A stretch of DNA of 64,000 nucleotides from Escherichia coli. Lineage in GTDB: Bacteria; Pseudomonadota; Gammaproteobacteria; Enterobacterales; Enterobacteriaceae. The translations under genes were made by a program, and so were the position numbers. Of this stretch, positions 39,285 through 49,472 are shown one piece after another (positions within the stretch are counted from its first letter, which is position 1; each line of letters starts with the position of its first letter). The notes beneath the pieces are model-generated. The model saw only the letters and a list, made by a program, of their open reading frames with translations, did no database searches and was not told the origin of the DNA. The stretch lies in assembly GCF_044324875.1 (NCBI RefSeq), contig NZ_CP172187.1. The stretch is one strand, 5' to 3'.

Positions 39285-40028
39285 ATGAATAAAGCATTAC
39301 TGCCACTGTTACTCTGCTGCTTTATTTTTCCGGCGTCAGGGAAAGATGCAGGCTGGCAGTGGTATAACGAGAAAATAAATCCGAAGGAAAAAGAAAATAA
39401 ACCTGTACCTGCAGCCCCCCGTCAGGAGCCGGATATTATGCAGAAACTGGCCGCGCTGCAGACGGCAACAAAGCGGGCGCTGTACGAAGCCATTCTGTAT
39501 CCCGGCGTGGATAATTTTGTGAAATATTTCCGGCTGCAGAATTACTGGACTCAGCAGGCCGGGCTTTTCACCATGAGTGCTAAAAAAGCTATGCTGGCAC
39601 ATCCCGAACTGGACTATAACCTGCAGTACAGCCATTACAACGGCACGGTCCGGAACCAGCTGGCGGCAGACCAGGCGCAGCAGCGACAGGCCATTGCGAA
39701 ACTGGCTGAACACTACGGCATCATGTTCTTTTACCGGGGGCAGGACCCCATCGACGGGCAGCTGGCGCAGGTCATTAATGGCTTCAGGGATACCTATGGT
39801 CTGAGTGTTATTCCCGTTTCCGTGGATGGTGTGATTAATCCGCTGTTGCCGGATTCCCGGACTGACCAGGGGCAGGCGCAGCGCCTCGGCGTGAAATATT
39901 TCCCGGCCATGATGCTGGTTGACCCGAAACAGGGCAGTGTTCGCCCGTTATCATACGGCTTTATTTCGCAGGACGACCTGGCAAAACAATTCCTGAACGT
40001 TTCTGAAGATTTTAAACCCAATTTTTAA
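39285..40028 (+). CDS. traF: TraF, thioredoxin-fold pilus assembly protein
   Basis: Internal ATG giving MNKALLPLLLCCFIFPASG..., 247 aa. Confidence 0.85.
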   Translation: MNKALLPLLLCCFIFPASGKDAGWQWYNEKINPKEKENKPVPAAPRQEPDIMQKLAALQTATKRALYEAILYPGVDNFVKYFRLQNYWTQQAGLFTMSAKKAMLAHPELDYNLQYSHYNGTVRNQLAADQAQQRQAIAKLAEHYGIMFFYRGQDPIDGQLAQVINGFRDTYGLSVIPVSVDGVINPLLPDSRTDQGQAQRLGVKYFPAMMLVDPKQGSVRPLSYGFISQDDLAKQFLNVSEDFKPNF

Positions 40029-40043
40029 TCGCGGATTTGATTT

Positions 40044-40391
40044 ATGAGTGAAGATTATTTGAAACTGTTTACAGGTGTTGTTCTGTTAATATTTGTCATT
40101 ATTGCCGGTTATTTCTTTTCTGAGCGTAATGACAGGAAAATGTTTCTCCTGGGCTCACTGGTTTTCCTTGTTATTAATATCGCGTGTTTATATGTGCTGA
40201 CTGCCAGTCTCTGGTTTCTGTGTGGTGCAATTATGAATCAGGGCGCAGCAATGGTTGTTCCAATGGTTATTGGCTCATTACCGAACGTTACGAGCTTCGA
40301 CGGGTTCAGAAGAATATTTATCTGTATTATGTTGTCATCAGTATGGTCCGGAGTGATGTGGTTTTTTATAAGGGGGCTTATGACAGGCTAA
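40044..40391 (+). CDS. trbA: TrbA
   Basis: 115-aa membrane protein in canonical position. Confidence 0.75.
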   Translation: MSEDYLKLFTGVVLLIFVIIAGYFFSERNDRKMFLLGSLVFLVINIACLYVLTASLWFLCGAIMNQGAAMVVPMVIGSLPNVTSFDGFRRIFICIMLSSVWSGVMWFFIRGLMTG

Positions 40392-40392
40392 G

Positions 40393-40707
40393 TCATATAA
40401 AACGGTCATAAAAACCATGCAAAATAATGAGGTTGATTACTGAAGACCATATGATAAACCATACCGCAATCCAGTGGCTTCTGAATAGCTCACAAAAATA
40501 AATATAGATAATTGAAAATAACCATAATACAACGATGCCTGCTGCGATACTTAATAAACTTATTACAAGATAGTCAGGGAAGGCATTGACCGGTAATGAA
40601 TGTGATGCTGCATATATCAGCGCAATAATTGCCGCATTTCCCAGTAACGACTCTCTTATTATGTTTCTGATTATTTCCAGTTTTTCTTTAAAAGATCGCT
40701 TTTCCAT
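40393..40707 (-). CDS. artA: ArtA (anti-tra strand ORF)
   Basis: 104-aa minus-strand ORF between trbA and traQ, same length and position as F artA. Confidence 0.65.
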   Translation of the reverse strand: MEKRSFKEKLEIIRNIIRESLLGNAAIIALIYAASHSLPVNAFPDYLVISLLSIAAGIVVLWLFSIIYIYFCELFRSHWIAVWFIIWSSVINLIILHGFYDRFI

Positions 40708-40787
40708 TTGTACCTCTGATTAATATCACACAAACGCGAATATTACAGACATGAATACTCTCATGTAAATAATAACCGGAGTTTAAC

Positions 40788-41072
40788 ATGATAAGTAAAC
40801 GCAGATTCTCTTTACCCCGGCTTGATATTACGGGAATGTGGGTATTTTCCCTGGGTGTCTGGTTTCATATCGTCGCCCGTCTTGTTTACAGCAAACCCTG
40901 GATGGCTTTTTTTCTGGCGGAGCTGATTGCGGCCATCCTTGTGCTGTTCGGCGCATACCAGGTGCTGGATGCATGGATTGCCCGTGTCAGCCGGGAAGAG
41001 CGTGAGGCACTGGAAGCCAGGCAACAGGCCATGATGGCAGAGCAGCAGGAGGGCGGACATGTCTCTCACTAA
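40788..41072 (+). CDS. traQ: TraQ, pilin chaperone
   Basis: 94-aa membrane protein in canonical position. Confidence 0.8.
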   Translation: MISKRRFSLPRLDITGMWVFSLGVWFHIVARLVYSKPWMAFFLAELIAAILVLFGAYQVLDAWIARVSREEREALEARQQAMMAEQQEGGHVSH

Positions 41073-41604
41073 ATTACTGCCGGTCATTTTGTTGATGATG
41101 GCCACAGGTGTGCAGGCCTCCACCCGGGATGAAATTGAACGACTCTGGAATCCGCAGGGTATGGCCGCGCAGCCTGCACAACCGGCAGCAGGCACGTCAG
41201 CCAGGACAGAAAAGCCGGCCCCCCGCTGGTTCCGCCTCAGCAACGGCAGGCAGGTTAACCTGGCCGACTGGAAGGTGGTGCTGTTTATGCAGGGGCATTG
41301 CCCTTACTGTCACCAGTTTGACCCGGTACTGAAACAGCTGGCACAGCAGTACGGCTTTTCCGTTTTTCCCTACACCCTGGATGGTCAGGGTGATACCGCC
41401 TTTCCAGAGGCATTGCCGGTGCCACCGGACGTGATGCAGACCTTCTTCCCGAATATCCCGGTGGCCACACCGACCACCTTCCTGGTCAACGTCAACACGC
41501 TGGAAGCATTACCGCTTTTACAGGGGGCAACGGATGCCGCCGGTTTTATGGCGCGGATGGATACCGTTCTGCAGATGTACGGAGGAAAAAAGGGTGCGAA
41601 ATAA
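41059..41604 (+). CDS. trbB: TrbB, thioredoxin-like disulfide isomerase
   Basis: 181 aa with CPYC motif and signal peptide. Confidence 0.85.
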   Translation: MSLTKLLPVILLMMATGVQASTRDEIERLWNPQGMAAQPAQPAAGTSARTEKPAPRWFRLSNGRQVNLADWKVVLFMQGHCPYCHQFDPVLKQLAQQYGFSVFPYTLDGQGDTAFPEALPVPPDVMQTFFPNIPVATPTTFLVNVNTLEALPLLQGATDAAGFMARMDTVLQMYGGKKGAK

Positions 41605-41908
41605 GCAGGTGGTGTTACTCATTGCCGGAATATCCGGCATCGCGACGGGAATAATCGTCAGCCTGAATATCACCTTTATTCGTCAGGGACTTTTTTATCC
41701 CGCCAGCCCTGTAGAAATTGTCGTTTCGCTGTGTCTTACCTTTTCTGTTTCTGTTGTGTTTTTTGTGGGGGCAATTGTGGGATGGATTTTGGTGTCTGAA
41801 ATATATTACAGCCGCATGACCGGTCTGAATGAATCATCAGTAATTTCAGAGGAAACTTATAATGACAGAAAACAAAAAGAATCAGGAATTCAAAATAAGA
41901 AAAATTAG
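41534..41908 (+). CDS. trbJ: TrbJ (start uncertain)
   Basis: Membrane-protein ORF in canonical position; the true start is probably internal (about 41594). Confidence 0.6.
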   Translation: MPPVLWRGWIPFCRCTEEKRVRNKQVVLLIAGISGIATGIIVSLNITFIRQGLFYPASPVEIVVSLCLTFSVSVVFFVGAIVGWILVSEIYYSRMTGLNESSVISEETYNDRKQKESGIQNKKN

Positions 41909-42254
41909 ACGGAATATTGAGTATAGTTTCAGAGGTTCTGACAGATATTTTGATTTGTTTTTTGTTTTCCTTGTTGCCGGAATTGTTTTATGGGCAGTTA
42001 TGCACGTTATTTTCGATGTCTGTATTGATTCGTGGATGGCCGACCCGAAATTACTTAATTTCCAGTATATGTGGAATGTTCTGATGAAAGTCATTCCGTT
42101 TACGTTATGGGCGCTGGCAGCAGGGTTTCTTGTTACATTTTTTCTGTCCCCAATGTGCGAATTAATATTCGGAAATATCGGGATATTCCTGCTGAAATGT
42201 CGTATGCGCCGGGAGAACAAATTAAGGGAGGGCAAGAATGATGCCACGCATTAA
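41862..42254 (+). CDS. trbF: TrbF
   Basis: 130-aa membrane protein in canonical position. Confidence 0.7.
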   Translation: MTENKKNQEFKIRKIRRNIEYSFRGSDRYFDLFFVFLVAGIVLWAVMHVIFDVCIDSWMADPKLLNFQYMWNVLMKVIPFTLWALAAGFLVTFFLSPMCELIFGNIGIFLLKCRMRRENKLREGKNDATH

Positions 42255-43614
42255 ACCTCTTCTGGTTCTTTGTGCCGCTTTACTGACGGTCACACCCGCA
42301 GCGTCAGCGGATGTGAACAGCGACATGAATCAGTTCTTTAATAAGCTGGGATTTGCTTCCAATACCACACAGCCGGGCGTCTGGCAGGGGCAGGCCGCCG
42401 GCTATGCTTACGGTGGCTCCCTGTATGCCCGTACTCAGGTCAAAAATGTTCAGCTGATTTCCATGACGCTGCCGGATATCAATGCCGGATGTGGTGGCAT
42501 CGACGCCTACCTCGGTTCGTTCAGTTTTATTAATGGCGAGCAGTTGCAGCGTTTTGTTAAGCAGATTATGAGCAATGCTGCCGGTTACTTTTTTGACCTT
42601 GCCCTGCAGACAACGGTGCCGGAAATAAAAACCGCAAAAGACTTCGTACAGAAAATGGCAAGCGACATTAACAGTATGAACCTCAGTTCCTGCCAGGCTG
42701 CACAGGGGATTATCGGCGGGCTTTTCCCCCGGACGCAGGTGTCCCAGCAGAAAGTCTGTCAGGACATTGCCGGTGAGAGCAATATTTTTGCTGACTGGGC
42801 GGCTTCCCGGCAGGGATGTACCGTTGGCGGGAAATCTGACAGCGTCAGGGATAAAGCCAGCGACAAGGATAAGGAGCGGGTGACCAAAAACATCAACATC
42901 ATGTGGAATGCGCTTTCCAAAAACAGAATGTTTGACGGCAACAAAGAGCTGAAAGAGTTTGTGATGACGCTGACCGGCTCACTGGTGTTTGGTCCCAACG
43001 GCGAAATCACACCGCTGTCGGCCAGAACCACTGACCGCTCAATTATCCGGGCCATGATGGAAGGCGGCACAGCAAAAATTTATCACTGCAACGATTCGGA
43101 CAAGTGTCTGAAGGTGGTGGCGGATGCAAATGTGACCATCGCCCGGGATAAAGCCCTGAAGTCACAGATTACAAAACTGCTCACCAGTATTCAGAATAAA
43201 GCGGTCAGCGACACGCCTCTGGATGACAGGGAAAAAGGCTTCATTTCCAGCACCACCATCCCCGTCTTTAAATATCTGATTGACCCGCAGATGCTCGGTG
43301 TTTCCAACAGTATGATTTACCAGCTGACGGACTATATCGGTTACGACATCCTGCTGCAGTACATTCAGGAGCTGATACAGCAGGCCCGGGCGATGGTGGC
43401 CACAGGAAATTATGACGAAGCAGTTATCGAACATATTAACGACAACATGAATGATGCCACCCAGCAGATTGCGGCGTTTCAGTCACAGGTGCAGGTACAG
43501 CAGGATGCGCTGCTGGTTGTCGATCGTCAGATGAGCTACATGCGTCAGCAGCTTTCCGCCCGCATGCTCAGTCGTTACCAGAACAACTATCACTTCGGAG
43601 GGAGCACGCTGTGA
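42238..43614 (+). CDS. traH: TraH
   Basis: 458 aa with signal peptide. Confidence 0.9.
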   Translation: MMPRIKPLLVLCAALLTVTPAASADVNSDMNQFFNKLGFASNTTQPGVWQGQAAGYAYGGSLYARTQVKNVQLISMTLPDINAGCGGIDAYLGSFSFINGEQLQRFVKQIMSNAAGYFFDLALQTTVPEIKTAKDFVQKMASDINSMNLSSCQAAQGIIGGLFPRTQVSQQKVCQDIAGESNIFADWAASRQGCTVGGKSDSVRDKASDKDKERVTKNINIMWNALSKNRMFDGNKELKEFVMTLTGSLVFGPNGEITPLSARTTDRSIIRAMMEGGTAKIYHCNDSDKCLKVVADANVTIARDKALKSQITKLLTSIQNKAVSDTPLDDREKGFISSTTIPVFKYLIDPQMLGVSNSMIYQLTDYIGYDILLQYIQELIQQARAMVATGNYDEAVIEHINDNMNDATQQIAAFQSQVQVQQDALLVVDRQMSYMRQQLSARMLSRYQNNYHFGGSTL

Positions 43615-46433
43615 ATGAAGTTTATGTGATTGCCGGTGGTGAGTGGTTGCGGAATAACCTGAATGCCATTGCCGCCTTTATGGGAACCAGAACGTGGGAT
43701 TCCATTGAAAAAATTGCGCTCACATTGTCTGTTCTCGCGGTGGCCGTAATGTGGGTACAGCGGCACAACGTGATGGATTTGCTGGGCTGGGTGGCCGTGT
43801 TTGTGCTTATCAGCCTGCTGGTTAATGTCCGTACATCGGTGCAGATTATTGATAACAGTGACCTGGTCAAAGTTCACCGGGTGGATAATGTGCCGGTCGG
43901 ACTGGCGATGCCACTTTCACTGACGACCCGTATCGGGCATGCAATGGTGGCCAGTTACGAGATGATCTTCACGCAACCGGACAGTGTCACCTACAGCAAA
44001 ACGGGGATGCTGTTTGGCGCAGAACTGGTATCAAAAAGCACCGACTTTTTGTCCCGTAATCCGGAAATCGCCAATCTTTTCCAGGATTATGTGCAGAACT
44101 GCGTGATGGGGGATATTTACCTGAACCACAAATATACGCTGGAGGAGCTGATGGCCTCCGCTGATCCCTACACGCTGATTTTTTCCCGCCCCAGCCCGCT
44201 GCGGGGCGTTTATGACAGCAATAATAATTTCGTAACCTGTAAGGACGCTTCGGTTTCGCTGAAAGACAAGCTGAATCTGGACACACAGAGTGGCGGAAAA
44301 ACCTGGCATTATTATGCCCAGCAGCTATTTGGCGGACGCCCTGATCCTAACCTGCTGTTCAGTACGCTGATTGGCGACAGTTACAGTTACTTCTATGGCT
44401 CAAGTAAATCAGCCAGCCAGATCATCCGCCAGAATGTCACCATCAATGCGCTGAAGGAGGGGATCACCAGTTATGCCGCACGTAATGGTGATTCGGCCAG
44501 CCTGGTGAATCTGGCCACCACGTCATCGATGGAGAAACAACGTCTGGCACATGTATCAATCGGTCATGTGGCGATGCGGACACTGCCCATGACGCAGACC
44601 ATCCTGACGGGGATCGCCATCGGTATTTTCCCGCTCCTGGTACTGGCGGCTGTATTCAACAAACTGACGCTGTCCGTCCTGAAAGGCTATGTGTTTGCCC
44701 TGATGTGGTTGCAGTCATGGCCAATGTTGTACGCCATTCTGAACAGCGCCATGACATTTTATGCAAAGCAGAATGGTGCACCGGTGGTGCTCTCGGAAAT
44801 TTCACAGATACAGCTGAAATACTCCGATCTGGCTTCCACTGCCGGGTATCTTTCCATGATGATCCCGCCATTATCCTGGATGATGGTCAGGGGGCTCGGG
44901 GCAGGATTTTCCAGTGTGTACAGCCATTTCGCTTCCTCTGCTATCAGCCCGACCGCCAGTGCAGCAGGCAGTGTGGTTGACGGTAATTACTCCTACGGCA
45001 ACATGCAGACGGAGAACGTGAACGGCTTCAGCTGGAGCACCAACAGCACCACGTCGTTTGGTCAGATGATGTACCAGACCGGCAGTGGCGCAACTGCCAC
45101 ACAGACCCGTGACGGTAATATGGTGATGGATGCAAGCGGAGCGATGTCCCGGTTACCGGTCGGCATCAATGCAACGCGTCAGATTGCGGCGGCACAACAG
45201 GAAATGGCCCGGGAAGCATCGAACAGAGCAGAAAGTGCCCTGCATGGGTTCAGCAGCAGTATTGCCAGTGCCTGGAACACGCTCAGTCAGTTTGGTTCTA
45301 ACCGGGGGAGCAGTGATTCTGTCACCGGTGGCGCTGACAGTACGATGAGCGCACAGGACTCCATGATGGCCAGCCGTATGCGCAGTGCAGTGGAAAGCTA
45401 TGCGAAGGCGCATAATATCAGTAATGAGCAGGCGACTCAGGAACTGGCATCCAGAAGTACGAGAGCTTCTGCCGGGATGTATGGAGATGCTCATGCTGAA
45501 TGGGGGGTTAAACCTAAAATTCTTGGTGTTGGTGGAGGATTAGGTGTTAAAGGTGGTGGTCGCGCTGGTATTGATTGGGAAGATAATGATGCGCATACGG
45601 CAAGTAGTAATACTCAGTCGAGCCATAATGCTCGTCATGATATCGATGCCAGAGCTACACAAGACTTTAAAGAGGCCAGCGATTACTTTACCAGTCGCAA
45701 GGTCAGTGAGTCCGGCAGCCATACTGACAATAATGCTGATTCCCGTGTGGATCAGTTGTCTGCAGCCCTGAACTCAGCAAAACAGAGTTACGACCAGTTC
45801 ACGACGAATATGACCCGCAGCCATGAATATGCTGAAATGGCATCCCGTACTGAAAGCATGAGTGGGCAGATGAGTGAAGACCTGTCGCAACAGTTTGCAC
45901 AGTATGTGATGAAACACGCGCCGCAGGATGCCGAAGCTATTCTGACAAACACCAGTTCACCGGAGATTGCAGAACGCCGTCGGGCTATGGCGTGGTCTTT
46001 TGTTCAGGAACAGGTGCAGCCTGGTGTTGATAATGCCTGGCGTGAATCCCGTGGGGACATCGGTAAAGGAATGGAGAGCGTACCTTCGGGTGGTGGCAGC
46101 CAGGATATTATTGCTGATCATCAGGGGCATCAGGCCATTATTGAGCAAAGAACGCAGGACAGTAATATCCGTAATGATGTAAAACATCAGGTTGATAATA
46201 TGGTCACAGAATACCGAGGCAATATCGGAGATACTCAGAGCAGCATACGTGGCGAAGAAAATATTGTAGGAAGACAGTATTCTGAACTACAAAATCACCA
46301 TAAAACAGAGGCATTATCTCAGAATAATAAATATAATGAAGAAAAATCGGGTCAGGAAAGAATGCCCGGGGCTGACAGTCCACAGGAACTGATGAAAAGA
46401 GCAAAGGAGTATCAGGATAAGCACAAGCAATAA
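43611..46433 (+). CDS. traG: TraG, mating-pair stabilisation and entry-exclusion determinant
   Basis: 940-aa polytopic membrane protein. Confidence 0.9.
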   Translation: MNEVYVIAGGEWLRNNLNAIAAFMGTRTWDSIEKIALTLSVLAVAVMWVQRHNVMDLLGWVAVFVLISLLVNVRTSVQIIDNSDLVKVHRVDNVPVGLAMPLSLTTRIGHAMVASYEMIFTQPDSVTYSKTGMLFGAELVSKSTDFLSRNPEIANLFQDYVQNCVMGDIYLNHKYTLEELMASADPYTLIFSRPSPLRGVYDSNNNFVTCKDASVSLKDKLNLDTQSGGKTWHYYAQQLFGGRPDPNLLFSTLIGDSYSYFYGSSKSASQIIRQNVTINALKEGITSYAARNGDSASLVNLATTSSMEKQRLAHVSIGHVAMRTLPMTQTILTGIAIGIFPLLVLAAVFNKLTLSVLKGYVFALMWLQSWPMLYAILNSAMTFYAKQNGAPVVLSEISQIQLKYSDLASTAGYLSMMIPPLSWMMVRGLGAGFSSVYSHFASSAISPTASAAGSVVDGNYSYGNMQTENVNGFSWSTNSTTSFGQMMYQTGSGATATQTRDGNMVMDASGAMSRLPVGINATRQIAAAQQEMAREASNRAESALHGFSSSIASAWNTLSQFGSNRGSSDSVTGGADSTMSAQDSMMASRMRSAVESYAKAHNISNEQATQELASRSTRASAGMYGDAHAEWGVKPKILGVGGGLGVKGGGRAGIDWEDNDAHTASSNTQSSHNARHDIDARATQDFKEASDYFTSRKVSESGSHTDNNADSRVDQLSAALNSAKQSYDQFTTNMTRSHEYAEMASRTESMSGQMSEDLSQQFAQYVMKHAPQDAEAILTNTSSPEIAERRRAMAWSFVQEQVQPGVDNAWRESRGDIGKGMESVPSGGGSQDIIADHQGHQAIIEQRTQDSNIRNDVKHQVDNMVTEYRGNIGDTQSSIRGEENIVGRQYSELQNHHKTEALSQNNKYNEEKSGQERMPGADSPQELMKRAKEYQDKHKQ

Positions 46434-46435
46434 TA

Positions 46436-46933
46436 TTGTATGGGGAGATGATAATGAGATGTTTAACCCATATTGCTCTGGTAACGGTGATACAGTTTAT
46501 CGCCTGTTATCTGGCTGGTTGGGGGAATGCCGAAACAATTTTTATGCTGTTCTTCATAGTACTATGGCAGGGACTGTTTATATGGTTGTTCTCTCAAATA
46601 CGAAAAAAACGGAATGTGTCGGATGAGTTTAAGTTTAGTAAAGGCGTTTGGTATATAACGATGCCAGTATCTTCCTTACTCTCTCCATTATTAAGCCTGA
46701 TGGTTTTTATCATTGGTACACTATACGAATTAAGGCGAGTTAGTGGTTGTGTAAGTGTAAGAGAATGGATGCAATCTCAGGTAAATGAACAAACTAATGA
46801 AGATTTGCATCTGGATTTTGATAATATGGATTTTCATCGTACTAATCCTGCAACAGGGTTACCTATGTCAGGTATTGGTGTGGATATCGGCGGTAATTCA
46901 TATGGTTATAGTTCAAAACGATATGATGAGTGA
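46436..46933 (+). CDS. traS: TraS, entry exclusion
   Basis: 165-aa AT-rich membrane protein between traG and traT. Confidence 0.75.
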   Translation: MYGEMIMRCLTHIALVTVIQFIACYLAGWGNAETIFMLFFIVLWQGLFIWLFSQIRKKRNVSDEFKFSKGVWYITMPVSSLLSPLLSLMVFIIGTLYELRRVSGCVSVREWMQSQVNEQTNEDLHLDFDNMDFHRTNPATGLPMSGIGVDIGGNSYGYSSKRYDE

Positions 46934-46978
46934 ATCTTAATTTGTATATTATGACGTTTTATTCAATATGAAGGAACA

Positions 46979-47713
46979 TTGATGAAAATGAAAAAATTGA
47001 TGATGGTTGCACTGGTCAGTTCCACTCTGGCCCTTTCAGGGTGTGGTGCGATGAGCACAGCAATCAAGAAGCGTAACCTTGAGGTGAAGACTCAGATGAG
47101 TGAGACCATCTGGCTTGAACCCGCCAGCGAACGCACGGTATTTCTGCAGATCAAAAACACGTCTGATAAAGACATGAGTGGGCTGCAGGGTAAAATTGCT
47201 GATGCTGTGAAAGCAAAAGGATATCAGGTGGTGACTTCTCCGGATAAAGCCTACTACTGGATTCAGGCGAATGTGCTGAAGGCCGATAAGATGGATCTGC
47301 GGGAGTCTCAGGGATGGCTGAACCGTGGTTATGAAGGCGCAGCTGTTGGTGCAGCGTTAGGTGCCGGTATTACCGGCTATAACTCAAATTCTGCCGGTGC
47401 CACACTCGGTGTAGGCCTTGCTGCTGGTCTGGTGGGTATGGCTGCAGATGCGATGGTGGAAGATGTGAACTATACCATGATCACGGATGTGCAGATTGCA
47501 GAGCGTACTAAGGCAACGGTGACAACGGATAATGTTGCCGCCCTGCGTCAGGGCACATCAGGTGCGAAAATTCAGACCAGTACTGAAACAGGTAACCAGC
47601 ATAAATACCAGACCCGTGTGGTCTCAAATGCGAACAAGGTTAACCTGAAATTTGAAGAGGCGAAGCCTGTTCTCGAAGACCAGCTGGCCAAATCAATCGC
47701 AAATATTCTCTGA
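46979..47713 (+). CDS. traT: TraT, surface exclusion lipoprotein
   Basis: 244 aa with lipobox LALSGCGA; matches F TraT from memory. Confidence 0.95.
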   Translation: MMKMKKLMMVALVSSTLALSGCGAMSTAIKKRNLEVKTQMSETIWLEPASERTVFLQIKNTSDKDMSGLQGKIADAVKAKGYQVVTSPDKAYYWIQANVLKADKMDLRESQGWLNRGYEGAAVGAALGAGITGYNSNSAGATLGVGLAAGLVGMAADAMVEDVNYTMITDVQIAERTKATVTTDNVAALRQGTSGAKIQTSTETGNQHKYQTRVVSNANKVNLKFEEAKPVLEDQLAKSIANIL

Positions 47714-47915
47714 ACCTCGTCAGGAGGCTGATCTGACCGGCCTCCTTGCTGACGCCTCGCGTTGCTCGTTGTCCAACCCCGGGATGTAACAAAATAAATT
47801 TTGTCACCTCCCGGCGTTTCCGAAATAAATATGAAAACACTGAGCGGTTGTGCAAATTCTTTGTGCGACCGTGAAGTGTTGCCGGCGAAGCCGGGATCTT
47901 CCGGAGAAAGTCATT

Positions 47916-48704
47916 ATGACATCAGACAATATCGCTGAATATGTTGGTGAGAATAATCAATTTACTGAGAAGCCTGTAACTGAATACCCCCCGGTGATAC
48001 AGGATAATACAGTGACCACTAAAGACTATCTGTACAGCAATAATATTGATACTGACCTTTTAGTGGTTATCGGAGGGCTTATTGTTATATTGTTTCTCAT
48101 GATGCTTATCATGTACTTTATTAATTCTCTCAGGCATAAGGAATTAACTGAAATACTGACAAAAATATCTTTTCCTGAAAAATCCGGGAGCAATTCGCTT
48201 AAACCGGAAGCGGTCAGCTGTAATTTGTTGTCCCTGTGTGTGCTGGCACCGGTATTCTGTACACCCAAAAAGCTGGCTGAAGTTTCCAGGGAGATCATCG
48301 TGGCGAGTGCGCAGGAGATTGCATGGACGCCGGGGAGCAGTCGTATTGATGGTCATCAGGGCGAAAATATTACCTGGTCTCTGTCGTCACAGTCTCATGC
48401 CGATAAATACGAGCTCATCAATAAAACGTCCCGTGTTTCTCCTGACAGTGGCCGTTTTTATGAACCGGACACAGTTCTGGATCACCGTGAACGGGTACGC
48501 CTTTTTATTCAGATCCAGTTTCCGCATGGGAGTGACTGGTCTGAAGTATTGCGCCTGACTGACATTGTTGCAGAGAAGGTCTCTTCCGGCAGGACTGCAG
48601 GTGCGTATTCCGCTCTATTCGATCACGGATTGGCATCGAAGTCCGATCAGCGATTCGCATCCATTCGATCAACCGGGAACTTAACTTTTTCTACCGCTTT
48701 TTAA
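47916..48704 (+). CDS. Hypothetical single-pass membrane protein (262 aa) inserted between traT and traD; 3' end runs into the IS terminal repeats
   Basis: ORF-track frame 47850..48704; ATG at 47916; TM helix LLVVIGGLIVILFLMMLIMYFI; the last ~30 codons overlap the IS21-type terminal repeats beginning at about 48602. Confidence 0.5.
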   Translation: MTSDNIAEYVGENNQFTEKPVTEYPPVIQDNTVTTKDYLYSNNIDTDLLVVIGGLIVILFLMMLIMYFINSLRHKELTEILTKISFPEKSGSNSLKPEAVSCNLLSLCVLAPVFCTPKKLAEVSREIIVASAQEIAWTPGSSRIDGHQGENITWSLSSQSHADKYELINKTSRVSPDSGRFYEPDTVLDHRERVRLFIQIQFPHGSDWSEVLRLTDIVAEKVSSGRTAGAYSALFDHGLASKSDQRFASIRSTGNLTFSTAF

Positions 48705-49456
48705 CGCGTTTTTTCGCTGCTTTCCACTACCGGGGGATTTTTCCTCAGTGACTCTCCCTGAAGGACCACTCGGTGTGAGTTATGTACCAGTCTGTCCAGG
48801 ATGGCATCTGCTGTTGTTGGGTTCTCCATCAGACCATGCCATTTATCTACCGGGAACTGGCTTACCACTATCGTGCTGCTTTGTCCGTAACGATCCTCTA
48901 TGAGCTCCAGAAGGTCATTACACTGGGCGTTACTTAACTGTTCCAGCCCCAGATCGTCCAGGATTAGAACCTGTATTTTTTGCAACTGTTTCAGATATTT
49001 CAGCCAGCTGCCATCAACACGTCCCTGAGCCAGTTGTTCCAGTAATCGCCCGGTTCTACAGTACCGGACGCTGTGTTTCTGTCGACATGCCTGTTCGCCC
49101 AGCGCATTGGCTATCCAGCTCTTGCCACATCCTGTCGGACCGGTTATCAGCAGGTTTTTCCTGTGGGTTATGTAGTGGCCGTTCAGCAGTTCTCTCATCT
49201 GTTCAGCCCGCAGACCTCTTGAGGCCGGATAGCGCAGCCCTTCCGGTGTTGCCTGGTATTTCAGGCCGGCATTTTTTCTCAACCGTGCCACACGGCTGTT
49301 TTCCCTGCTCAGAAGCTCGTCATCAACCAGCAGCGTCAGCCTTTCCTCGAACGACAGTTCGTCGTAGGTCTGAGGCGTTTCCCGCTGCCGTATCAGGCTC
49401 CCGGCCATCGCCGGGAGTTTCAGTTGGGTCAGTTTGTTTAACAGGTTATCACTCAT
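48701..49456 (-). CDS. istB: IstB-like AAA+ ATPase transposition helper
   Basis: ORF-track frame 48701..49699; internal start MSDNLL...; Walker A GPTGCGKSW and Walker B LILDDLG. Confidence 0.8.
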   Translation of the reverse strand: MSDNLLNKLTQLKLPAMAGSLIRQRETPQTYDELSFEERLTLLVDDELLSRENSRVARLRKNAGLKYQATPEGLRYPASRGLRAEQMRELLNGHYITHRKNLLITGPTGCGKSWIANALGEQACRQKHSVRYCRTGRLLEQLAQGRVDGSWLKYLKQLQKIQVLILDDLGLEQLSNAQCNDLLELIEDRYGQSSTIVVSQFPVDKWHGLMENPTTADAILDRLVHNSHRVVLQGESLRKNPPVVESSEKTR

Positions 49457-49472
49457 ACTGTTGTTCCTTCTG

